Numbered from the stretch's first letter, positions 18,731 to 26,699 are shown. The stretch: DNA of 54,482 nucleotides from an uncultured beta proteobacterium (GCA_903914615.1 CAIWPS010000719.1:1-54482); one strand, 5' to 3'. The notes: generated by a model not told the origin, from the sequence alone. A program made the numbers and translations.

Positions 18731-19348
18731 ATGAACGCACCGCAATCCATCCAGACGCAGGTCGCCGCGCTCACCACGCTGACCATCGGCACCAAGCTCG
18801 AAGTCGGCTTCTTTGCCGGCTACATCAACACGCCCGACGGTGTCTTCGGCATCGAGGCGGCGCCCAAGGCCAGCGAGTTCGAAGGCATCTGGCTGCCGAC
18901 CTACACCGACTTGCCGGGCGCCCGCAGCTACTTCGACGGCGCCGCCAACACCATCGCGATGGCGAATGCGGGCAGCGAGATCGCCAAGAAGGCGCTGGCC
19001 ACCGAGATCGGCGGCCTTCGCGACTGGTACATCGCGTCGCGAGACGAGCTCGAGCTGCTCTATCGCGGTCTCAAACCGACTCGGGAGGAGAACTACGTCT
19101 ACCGCAACGGCGAAAACCCCTCGTCTCTCCCCGTGGGCTACCCGTACACCGAGGCACTGCCGGCACAGACGTCGGTTGCCATCTTTCAGAAGGGCGGGCC
19201 CGAAGCGTTCGACACGGCCTGGTACTGGTCCTCGACGCAGTACTCGCGCTACGTCGCGTGGATGCAGCACTTCGCCGGCGGCGGCCAGAACTACGTCGGC
19301 AAGAGCTTCTCGCGTCGCGTCCGGCTCGTCCGCAGATTCAAGGCTTGA
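18731..19348 (+). CDS. DUF1566/CLec-fold DGR target protein 2
   Basis: DWYIASRDELE, WYWSSTQYS...RVRLVRR. Confidence 0.9.
   Translation: MNAPQSIQTQVAALTTLTIGTKLEVGFFAGYINTPDGVFGIEAAPKASEFEGIWLPTYTDLPGARSYFDGAANTIAMANAGSEIAKKALATEIGGLRDWYIASRDELELLYRGLKPTREENYVYRNGENPSSLPVGYPYTEALPAQTSVAIFQKGGPEAFDTAWYWSSTQYSRYVAWMQHFAGGGQNYVGKSFSRRVRLVRRFKA
19235..19338 (+). repeat. DGR variable repeat VR2
   Basis: Matches VR1/VR3; differences only at codon positions 1-2. Confidence 0.92.
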
Positions 19349-19403
19349 TCCTTCAATCCTTTCAACCTGTGCCGGCTGCCGACGCCGGCCAACGGAGACC
19401 TCA

Positions 19404-19994
19404 GTGATCACGATCCAGAACATGCACGTCACGCTCAGCGCGCACAACCCGATGGCCTCGGCGTTCGTTGCTGCGCTGCTGGCCGGCGCCGATGATGCGC
19501 CATCGACAGAAGACGCCGCGACCAGCGCCATCCCACCCATTGGTGCCATCTGGCCTGGCGAGGGCGGCCGCAACGGCGGGCTCATGCGTGGTGTCGACGG
19601 TGGCCCCAACTACTGGTTGATCCTGGCCGAGGGCGCCGCCGCGACGGCCGAACTCGCTTGGGGTGGCTACGACCAGGACACCGGTGCGACGTCGGATCAC
19701 GACGGCCTGGCCAACACGAAGCTGCTGGCCGAGAGCGGGCTGGACTTTCCCGCCGCGAAGTTCGCCCACGCCGCGCGCCTGGAGGGCAAGGACGACTGGT
19801 ACCTGCCCGCGATCCGCGAGTGCCGGCTGCTCTCGGCCAACGTGCCCGAACTGTTCGAGACCGGCTATCACTGGAGCAGCACGCAGTTCTCGCGCGACCT
19901 CGCGTGGGTGCAGACCTTCGGCGTCGGCACCCAGGGCACCGGCGACAAGCTCAGCTCGCGTCGCGTCCGGCTCGTCCGCAGATTGTTCCTTTAA
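19404..19994 (+). CDS. DUF1566/CLec-fold DGR target protein 3 (paralog of target 1)
   Basis: WPGEGGRNGGLMRG, DWYLPAIRE, HWSSTQFS...RVRLVRR. Confidence 0.9.
   Translation: MITIQNMHVTLSAHNPMASAFVAALLAGADDAPSTEDAATSAIPPIGAIWPGEGGRNGGLMRGVDGGPNYWLILAEGAAATAELAWGGYDQDTGATSDHDGLANTKLLAESGLDFPAAKFAHAARLEGKDDWYLPAIRECRLLSANVPELFETGYHWSSTQFSRDLAWVQTFGVGTQGTGDKLSSRRVRLVRRLFL
19881..19984 (+). repeat. DGR variable repeat VR3
   Basis: Matches VR1/VR2. Confidence 0.92.
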
Positions 19995-20013
19995 CCCTTG
20001 AATCCTTCGAGCC

Positions 20014-20376
20014 ATGATCCACACCGATCTGCCGATCTACGCCAAGGGCCGCGACCTGCTGTCGCTGGCTCTTGACGTGCAGCGCCAGCTGCCACGTGAC
20101 ATGAAGCGTTCGATCGGCGAGCGCATTCACATGCACTGCGTCGACATGCTCAACGAGATGGCTCTCGCGAACGCAACGAAGCAGGCCTCGCGCGTGAAGC
20201 ACATCGAACGGCTGCTGGAGCTGCAGCGAGCCACTCAAGTCTTGCTCCGCGTGAGCCATGACAAGGGATGGGTCGCGCACAAGCTCTGGGGTCGCGCGGT
20301 ACTCCTGCTCGACTCGATCGGCAAGCAGGCCGGTGGCTGGCTCAAGTCCGCATACGGCAAGGCGCCTGCAGCATGA
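20014..20376 (+). CDS. avd: DGR accessory variability determinant (four-helix bundle)
   Basis: HTDLPIY...PRD.K..IGERI...IGKQAGGW; directly after the target genes. Confidence 0.88.
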   Translation: MIHTDLPIYAKGRDLLSLALDVQRQLPRDMKRSIGERIHMHCVDMLNEMALANATKQASRVKHIERLLELQRATQVLLRVSHDKGWVAHKLWGRAVLLLDSIGKQAGGWLKSAYGKAPAA

Positions 20377-20409
20377 CGGTCAAGGCCCTCATGCCCGCGC
20401 GCATGAATC

Positions 20410-20439
20410 TGGACAGCGCACCCGCGGCGGACGTACACT
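20410..20439 (+). promoter_or_regulatory. Putative sigma70 promoter of the C4 cassette
   Basis: TGGACA-N18-TACACT. Confidence 0.55.
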
Positions 20440-20496
20440 CCACTCGCACCCACTCATTGGGTGTCGGGATTGGCGTCCTGAAGCATCCGCGGCGAG

Positions 20497-20518
20497 AGCC
20501 GCATCCCTGCGGCTTTTT
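20497..20518 (+). terminator. Leader terminator/attenuator hairpin upstream of the C4 RNA
   Basis: AGCCGC-ATCCCT-GCGGCT followed by TTTT. Confidence 0.65.
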
Positions 20519-20536
20519 CATGCCCGGTTCGGTTTA

Positions 20537-20617
20537 TGGCGGCCCAGGCGGGGAACCGCAAGGTTCACCGGTTCCGCTCCGCGGGTGCCCGGTACGCCAA
20601 CCCGTCTGGGCTGCCGC
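20537..20617 (+). ncRNA. C4-like antisense RNA
   Basis: Closing stem GGCGGCCCAGGCGGG/CCCGTCTGGGCTGCC, GAACC-GCAA-GGTTC hairpin, ACCGG..CCGGT hairpin; ACGCCAA complements TTGGCGT at 20470 and 20623. Confidence 0.85.
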
Positions 20618-20669
20618 CCCGATTGGCGTCGTGACGGCAGTTGACACAACTGCACCCACGGAGCCGATC

Positions 20670-21179
20670 ATGGACTCATGCCCTGTCGTCGAAGAATGGC
20701 GACCCATCCCCGAATTCCCGCGCTACGAGGTGAGCAACTTCGGCCGCGTGCGCTGGCGCCATCGCGTGCGCAAGCCGTTCCCCAGCGTTGATGGCTATCC
20801 GCTGGTTTCGTTCTGGCGGGACGGCAAGTCGGTGCATCGCTTCGTGCATGTTCTGGTCGCCGAAGCCTTCATCGGCCCAAAACCGGAGGGGTTGGTCGTT
20901 CGCCATCGCAACGGCATCAATTCGGAATGCCACGTCGGCAATCTGGCGTACGGGACGTACCTTGAGAACTCGGCCGACATGGCGACTCACGGAACTGTCG
21001 TCAACGGCGAGCGCCACCCAGCCAGCAAGTTGACCTCGGATCAGGTACTGGAAATCCGCCGCCGCCACATTCCGCGCGACCCGCGCCACGGGCTCAATGC
21101 GCTGGGCCGCGAGTTCGGGCTCGCCACGAAGTCCGTACAGGCCATCGTCCAGCGCAGGACATGGAAGCACCTGCCGTGA
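20670..21179 (+). CDS. NUMOD4-HNH homing endonuclease
   Basis: EEWRPIP...YEVSNFGRVR; VHVLVAEAFIG..P...VRHRNG...NL; GERHPASKLT. Confidence 0.92.
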   Translation: MDSCPVVEEWRPIPEFPRYEVSNFGRVRWRHRVRKPFPSVDGYPLVSFWRDGKSVHRFVHVLVAEAFIGPKPEGLVVRHRNGINSECHVGNLAYGTYLENSADMATHGTVVNGERHPASKLTSDQVLEIRRRHIPRDPRHGLNALGREFGLATKSVQAIVQRRTWKHLP

Positions 21180-21322
21180 CGATCAACAGCTACCTCGGCC
21201 TGTTCCGCCAGACGCCAGCCAGCCACCACGTCCGCGCCCAGTTGGCCAACGCGGCCCGCCGGCGCGGCTTCTCAGTCAACGCCTCCCTCACCAAGGTCTA
21301 TCGCAAGACCGCCAACGCCTGA
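21176..21322 (+). pseudogene. C-terminal remnant of a DGR reverse transcriptase
   Basis: Read by hand: VTINSYLGLFRQTPASHHVRAQLANAARRRGFSVNASLTKVYRK; NSYLG is a thumb-region motif; lies where the RT would end after avd. Confidence 0.75.
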
Positions 21323-21335
21323 AAGGCACATCACC

Positions 21336-21596
21336 ATGATCAAACCCACCATCGGTCGCGTCGTCATCGTCCAGCGCGGCAGCCACGACGCGCAGCCGGA
21401 CGGCTGGCCCGCGTTCGTCAACAAAGTGCACAGCGACCGCTGCATCAACGTCGCGGGCTACAACGAGTGGGGCACGACGGTGTCCTTCAACTCGGTACCG
21501 CTGCTGCAGGACGACGACACGCCGCCGGCGGCCGGCCCGTATGCCGAGTGGATGCCGTACCAGAAGGCCCAGGCCGAGAAGCACGCCGCCAGCTGA
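21336..21596 (+). CDS. Conserved phage hypothetical protein
   Basis: MIKPTIGRVV...W.WMPYQ type small protein. Confidence 0.75.
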   Translation: MIKPTIGRVVIVQRGSHDAQPDGWPAFVNKVHSDRCINVAGYNEWGTTVSFNSVPLLQDDDTPPAAGPYAEWMPYQKAQAEKHAAS

Positions 21597-21723
21597 TTTC
21601 AACGGGCGCGGGGCCGGATGAGCCACAGCTTGCGCGGTGCGAGGCCGAGAACGCGACTCGGCGCAATAGACGACCGCTGAGGCAACAGGCCGGCCCCAAG
21701 CCCACCACTTCGGAAAGACCACC

Positions 21724-21900
21724 ATGAACGACACCACGAAGAAGCCCCGCGGCTTCGCAGCCATATCGCCCGAGCGCCAGAAGGAGATCGCCAGCCAGGG
21801 CGGCCGCGCCGCGCACGCCGGCGGCAAGGCCCACCAGTTCACGCCCGAGGAGGCCCGCGCGGCCGCCGCGGCGCGGGGCGACCGCAAGCCCAAGGCCTGA
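21724..21900 (+). CDS. KGG-repeat stress-induced protein (YciG/GsiB-like)
   Basis: Read by hand: RGFAAISPERQKEIASQGGRAAH..GKAHQFTPEEARAA. Confidence 0.85.
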   Translation: MNDTTKKPRGFAAISPERQKEIASQGGRAAHAGGKAHQFTPEEARAAAAARGDRKPKA

Positions 21901-21923
21901 CCCATCCACTCCAGGAGAAAACC

Positions 21924-22253
21924 GTGTCCGAAAACAAACGTCTCGCCCTCTGGATTTTGACGGGCCTTGTGCTGGTGATCGCCCTTGGGTGGCTGCTCAC
22001 CGCCAACGATCTCGCGCTCAACAAGGTCTTCATGCCGGCCCAGGAGCAGGTCCGCCACGACACCTTTAAGCAGTCGCAGGCCTACCGCGACGGCATGGTC
22101 GCCGAGCTGGAGAACATGCAGATGGAGTACGTCCAGGCCGACGCGGCGCACAAGCCAGCGCTGGCCGCAATCATCCTGCACCGTTCCGCCTCGGTGAACC
22201 GTGCAGATCTCACCCCCGAGCTTCGCTCGTTCCTTCAGGAGATCCAGCAATGA
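21924..22253 (+). CDS. Membrane-anchored protein
   Basis: AGGAG RBS; N-terminal TM segment. Confidence 0.75.
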   Translation: MSENKRLALWILTGLVLVIALGWLLTANDLALNKVFMPAQEQVRHDTFKQSQAYRDGMVAELENMQMEYVQADAAHKPALAAIILHRSASVNRADLTPELRSFLQEIQQ

Positions 22254-22744
22254 ACCGCATCCTTCTCGCGTGCGCCCTTCTCGCCGCGCTCGTGGCCTGC
22301 GGTGGCGCCCAGTCCTCCGACCAGGTGCAGACCCAGCAGCAGGAGTCGATCCTCGCCGAGGCGACCGCGCAAACCGGCATGCCGGCGATCAAGAACTTCC
22401 GCGAGCGCAAGTTGCTCAAGGACATCCTCGAGCTGCGCGACCAGAACGGCATCGTGACGTTCACCTACATCGTCGCGGAGCAGACCGGCAAGCTCGTCTT
22501 CATCTGCAACAGCATCGGCTACGGGCTGCCGGCGGCCACGCAGTACACGGCCCCGGAGAAGCCCTTCCAGTTCTACAGCGGCCACGAAGGTTTCGCGGTG
22601 CCCCAGGCGGATCCGAACGGCCTGTTCTCGCCAGCGAGCGCCGAGGGGACGTGGGTGCTGTGCGCTGATCCTGCTGGAGGCGCGAAGGCCCTGCCGCTCT
22701 ACGTCGAGCCGCGAGTCATCGTCTCGCCGTTCAAGCTCGGCTGA
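22250..22744 (+). CDS. Lipoprotein
   Basis: Lipobox LVAC; NPADPNG-like QADPNGLFSP motif. Confidence 0.8.
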   Translation: MNRILLACALLAALVACGGAQSSDQVQTQQQESILAEATAQTGMPAIKNFRERKLLKDILELRDQNGIVTFTYIVAEQTGKLVFICNSIGYGLPAATQYTAPEKPFQFYSGHEGFAVPQADPNGLFSPASAEGTWVLCADPAGGAKALPLYVEPRVIVSPFKLG

Positions 22745-22746
22745 CC

Positions 22747-22968
22747 ATGACGCCACACCGTCTCATTCGCGAGGCCGTGCGCTTCCGAGCAACCTACCAG
22801 GGCGATCAAGACGTTCTGGAGCGGGTTGTCTTCCGCGTCACGGAATCCGAATGGGACGAGCTGGTGCGCTACTTCCAAACCACAGGCCTGCGTTTCGGCG
22901 ACCGTGGACAGCTGCTCATCTGCGGCATGCGAATCGTCAACATCGATCGCATCGACGACCGAATCTGA
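22747..22968 (+). CDS. Hypothetical protein
   Basis: 73-aa ORF. Confidence 0.45.
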   Translation: MTPHRLIREAVRFRATYQGDQDVLERVVFRVTESEWDELVRYFQTTGLRFGDRGQLLICGMRIVNIDRIDDRI

Positions 22969-22988
22969 ATCACCAACCAGGAGAACTC

Positions 22989-23927
22989 ATGACTTTCGAA
23001 CTCACCCAGATGACCGCCGTGCGCGTGCTCGACGTGCGCACCCTAGCCGCCAAGAACCGAGAGCCCGGTGACCTGGTCGGCGCACAGCTACTCCTGCGGG
23101 CAACCCTGCCCATCGCGAGCCTCGCGATGTTCGACCCAGCGCTGCCGGGCATGTTCGCCCGCAAGGCCGCGCCGAAGGTGCAGGGCCAGCTCGATGGCGT
23201 CGAGGAGCTCGAGCTCACCGAAGTGGGCCAGCACGTCAAGAGCATGCCCTGGGTGTACGACCAGTCGGGTAACACGATCGAGATCGACCGCGGCCTGGGC
23301 GGCACGAGCAACCTCAAGCTCGTCGACTGCACCGTGCACAGCGTCTCGTGGAAGGTGCAGGAAGGCGTCTCGGCGACGTACACGTGGACCGTCGACGCGC
23401 CGTCGCTGGCCGAGACGATCCGCGGCAAGCTCACGAGCCTGAAGCGCACGGAGATCCCGATCACGCAGGTGGCGCCTCAGGCTGAAGGACAGCAGGACTT
23501 CGACGCGCCTGCGCCGCGTCTCACGCCCGCCCAGCCGCGCCAGGCCAACGCCGAGGGCAAGACGGTGGCGCAGAAGGCGGCCGAGGTCAAGGGCGCGGCC
23601 GGCATGAAGCCGACCGTCGCGTGGCCGTTCCCGCAAGACGGCACACCCGGATCGGGCCCGAACGCCAAGAGCGTGCCGCCGGCGGACGCCACCAGCGCAC
23701 TGCTGGCCGACGTCGCGAAGAAAGGCCCGGGCCACAGCGCCAACCCGAAGCCGAAGGCTGCGGCCAAGAAGACGGTGGTGAAGAAGGTCGAAAGCCGTCG
23801 TCCCGCTGCGTACAAAGACCCGAAGTCGGGCCAGACCTGGACCGGCCGCGGGCTCAAGCCGCTTTGGTTGACGCAGGCGCTCGCCGGCGGTGCGAAGCTG
23901 GATGACTTCCAGGTGAAGGCGCACTGA
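22989..23927 (+). CDS. Protein with a C-terminal H-NS DNA-binding domain
   Basis: YKDPKSGQTWTGRGLKPLWL...G.KLDDF. Confidence 0.85.
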   Translation: MTFELTQMTAVRVLDVRTLAAKNREPGDLVGAQLLLRATLPIASLAMFDPALPGMFARKAAPKVQGQLDGVEELELTEVGQHVKSMPWVYDQSGNTIEIDRGLGGTSNLKLVDCTVHSVSWKVQEGVSATYTWTVDAPSLAETIRGKLTSLKRTEIPITQVAPQAEGQQDFDAPAPRLTPAQPRQANAEGKTVAQKAAEVKGAAGMKPTVAWPFPQDGTPGSGPNAKSVPPADATSALLADVAKKGPGHSANPKPKAAAKKTVVKKVESRRPAAYKDPKSGQTWTGRGLKPLWLTQALAGGAKLDDFQVKAH

Positions 23928-23929
23928 TC

Positions 23930-24589
23930 ATGTTCAAGCCGCTGTTCATCACGTTCACCGGCGTCGACGACGCCACCGATCCAACCGACCTGGTCGCGCT
24001 GGCCGACGACTACCCGGTTGAATTCGGGCTCCTGTTCTCGCCCAAACGTCAGGGCATCGAGCCGCGCTATCCGAAGCTGTCCACTATCGAATGGATGGCC
24101 GACGAGCTGCCCCTTCGCTGGGCTGCGCACCTGTGCGGCGCAGACGCACGCGACGTGGTCAACGGCGAATCGTCCCACCATGATGGGCTGATGCAGTGCT
24201 TCGCGCGCGTGCAGATCAACACGGCAGATCCAGCCGTCAAGCCGAGCTGGGTTGGCGACTGGGCCGCGAAACGCAACGTGCGCGCGATTCTTCAATGCCG
24301 TGGCGCGTTCCCGCGGGTCGCTTCGGTTGACGTGCTTTTCGACGCCAGCGGCGGCCGCGGCATTGTTCCCAACGAGTGGCCTGATGCGGTCAAGACGACA
24401 TTCTGCGGCTTCGCTGGCGGCTTGCGGCCCGACAACGTCAAGGCCGCGATCGAGAGCATCCAGCACCGTGTCTCGGCGCCGTACTGGATCGACATGGAGA
24501 GCGGCGTGCGCGACGAGAACGACCTGTTCTCGGTAGCGAAGTGCCGCGCGGTGTGCGAGGCGGTCTACGGCAAGGTCGGCCGTGGCTGA
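23930..24589 (+). CDS. TrpF (PRA isomerase)-like TIM-barrel protein
   Basis: ITFTGVD, LFDASGGRG, GFAGGLRPDNV, WIDMESGVR. Confidence 0.75.
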   Translation: MFKPLFITFTGVDDATDPTDLVALADDYPVEFGLLFSPKRQGIEPRYPKLSTIEWMADELPLRWAAHLCGADARDVVNGESSHHDGLMQCFARVQINTADPAVKPSWVGDWAAKRNVRAILQCRGAFPRVASVDVLFDASGGRGIVPNEWPDAVKTTFCGFAGGLRPDNVKAAIESIQHRVSAPYWIDMESGVRDENDLFSVAKCRAVCEAVYGKVGRG

Positions 24590-25289
24590 ACGCCCCATCC
24601 TCTTCTCCGCGCCGATGGTGCGCGCCATCCTGTCCGGTAAGAAGACGCAGACGCGGCGAGCCGTCAAGCCCATGTCATGGAAATTTGCGCCCAGGCCCGA
24701 GTTCAACATCATGATGGACACAGGGCGTCACGTCTGGCTCGCGCGTCGCGATGGCTCGCCGAGCGACTTCAAGTGGCTGTCGTGCCCCTACGGGCAGGCG
24801 GGCGACCGACTCTGGGTGCGCGAGACGTGGATGCCAGACCCACCGATCAACGATGAATGGTGCAGCACCGTGTTCCACGGCACCCGGAACGGCAGTCTTT
24901 CGCTGATCCCGGAGTGCTATCGGAAGCCTTGGCATACGCTGTTCCGGGCCTCATGGGCGGGTCACGAGCTCGTCGGCTGGCGCCCGAGTATCCACATGCC
25001 CCGATGGGCCAGCCGCATCACGCTGGAGATCACCGAGGTGCGTGTCGATCGCCTGCAGGCGATCAGCAACGACGACGCCGGCGCCGAGGGTGTCGACCGC
25101 ACTGCCGCATGGCTACGCGATGAGCCGGTCTCCAACCTGACGGACTGGCGCCTCGTCGGAAAGCCGCGGGGAGCGCCAGGCGTTCCCGTGGAGCGATTCG
25201 CGCGTCTGTGGGAATCGATCAACGGCGCCGGATCTTGGGCGGCCAATCCCTGGGTCTGGGTCGTCGAGTTTCGGCGCCTGGAGACCTGA
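24582..25289 (+). CDS. ASCH/PUA-like domain protein
   Basis: PILFS..MVRAILSGKKTQTRR, GDRLWVRETW, WRPSIHMPRWASRI, NPWVWV.EF. Confidence 0.88.
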   Translation: MAERPILFSAPMVRAILSGKKTQTRRAVKPMSWKFAPRPEFNIMMDTGRHVWLARRDGSPSDFKWLSCPYGQAGDRLWVRETWMPDPPINDEWCSTVFHGTRNGSLSLIPECYRKPWHTLFRASWAGHELVGWRPSIHMPRWASRITLEITEVRVDRLQAISNDDAGAEGVDRTAAWLRDEPVSNLTDWRLVGKPRGAPGVPVERFARLWESINGAGSWAANPWVWVVEFRRLET

Positions 25290-25291
25290 CC

Positions 25292-25567
25292 ATGCCCTGG
25301 TACGTCGTCAACGGATGTCCCGTGCACCTCAAGCTGAGCGGCAAGGCAGCCAAGAACCCGCCGTCGCAGTGCGTGGCGCGCGTCGAGCGCGACGGCCGGC
25401 CGGCGAAGTGCTGCGGCATCAGCACGCTGCTGTGCGACTGGCCCGTCGACGGCGGAACGTGCGACGCGCCGCTGTGCGCCGAGCACGGTGTCGAGGTCGG
25501 ACGCGATCGCCACTACTGCCCGCGCCACGCGGCCGCCGCGCGCGAGCGCGAGCCGGAGTTGTTCTGA
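25292..25567 (+). CDS. Cys-rich Zn-finger protein
   Basis: LCDWP....TCDAPLC..H.....HYCP.H. Confidence 0.7.
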   Translation: MPWYVVNGCPVHLKLSGKAAKNPPSQCVARVERDGRPAKCCGISTLLCDWPVDGGTCDAPLCAEHGVEVGRDRHYCPRHAAAAREREPELF

Positions 25568-25854
25568 TGCCGACGACCCGCTGCCCCGTCGTGCGACCTC
25601 AGGCCTCGAAGTACGGTCCGCTGGTCAACGACTACCACTCGTTCGAGGGCAACACGATGCGCGCGGTCTGCAGGCACTGCGGCCAGACCCGCAAGGAATG
25701 CCAGACGGCGAAGCACGACCGCTTCTGGGGTGAGGGCATGGAGGCGGCCGCTGGCCGCGCGCCGCCGCACGAGCGCTTCGACGCGCCGTTGAATCCCGAT
25801 CGCTGGGCCAGCGTGACTTCCCTTATCTCGCCCGCACAACGGAGCCTCATCTGA
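25567..25854 (+). CDS. Hypothetical protein
   Basis: TGATG coupling; CRHCG. Confidence 0.5.
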   Translation: MPTTRCPVVRPQASKYGPLVNDYHSFEGNTMRAVCRHCGQTRKECQTAKHDRFWGEGMEAAAGRAPPHERFDAPLNPDRWASVTSLISPAQRSLI

Positions 25855-26177
25855 TGCCCATCGCCCCTGAGAACCGCGCCCGCTACCCGAAGGACTGGAA
25901 GGCGATCGTCGAGCGGGTGCGAGAGCGCAGCGGCGACCGGTGTGAGGGTTCGCCGGCGTTCCCTGACTGCCGCGCGCCAAATGGTCAGCCACACCCGGTC
26001 ACCGGCTCGCGCGTCGTGCTCACCACCGGCCACCTCGACCACGTACCAGAGAACTGCGACCTGGCCAACCTGCGCCACTGGTGCCAGCGCTGCCACCTGG
26101 TGTATGACGGGCCGCACCACGCGGAGTCACGCGCAGCGCGCAAACGCGCCGCGGCGGCCACGCAGGAGCTGTTCTGA
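25854..26177 (+). CDS. Small HNH-like protein
   Basis: MPI.PEN..RYP.DW...R....CE...LTTGHLDH.PENC...NL..WCQRCH. Confidence 0.8.
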   Translation: MPIAPENRARYPKDWKAIVERVRERSGDRCEGSPAFPDCRAPNGQPHPVTGSRVVLTTGHLDHVPENCDLANLRHWCQRCHLVYDGPHHAESRAARKRAAAATQELF

Positions 26178-26593
26178 TGGACTGGCAGCCTCATCCCCTC
26201 GACCACGAGAGCCGCGCCCTGTGGCACCTCGAGGAGGTTGTCGACCAGGCCGTGGGCGAGCACCCGCAGCTGCGCCAGCCCATCGTGCACCGGCGCGACG
26301 GCGAGGACTACTCGTACAAGGGCATCTCGAGCATGCTGCGCCGGGTCTTCGCGAAGGTGCGCGCCGAGGTGCCGGCGCTGGCCGCGATGGAGTCGTTCGG
26401 GTTCCGCGACCTCAAGGGCAAGGGCGCCACGGACATGTGGCTGGCCGGCGAGGCCATCGAGCGTATCCAGCTGCTGTGCGGCCACGCCAAGGCCTCAACG
26501 ACCGAGATCTACATCAAGGCCCGGTGGCGCGAGACCGCCAAGCCCAACGCCTCCGAAATACTCCTGCCGCCGCGTTCAATATCCAGTATTTGA
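26177..26593 (+). pseudogene. int: N-terminally truncated tyrosine integrase
   Basis: FRDLKGKGATD...QLLCGH...TTEIY; only 138 aa; adjacent to attP. Confidence 0.8.
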
Positions 26594-26699
26594 TCCAGCG
26601 CGCAGCCCGGGTAAACTCACGTCGCTGGAAAGAAGAATATTGGAAAGAAGCCGGGGCGCAGCGAGCATTCATGCGGCTTGCAGCCAAACCCGACGCGGC

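Noticed and set aside
20268-20669. N-terminal (ash-like) extension of the HNH ORF
   Set aside because: It overlaps avd and the C4 RNA; a good RBS and ATG lie at 20660-20672
20377-21335. Active autonomous DGR (TR plus RT)
   Set aside because: No AAC-rich repeat and no YxDD domain seen here or elsewhere; none of the three repeats is A-rich enough to be the template
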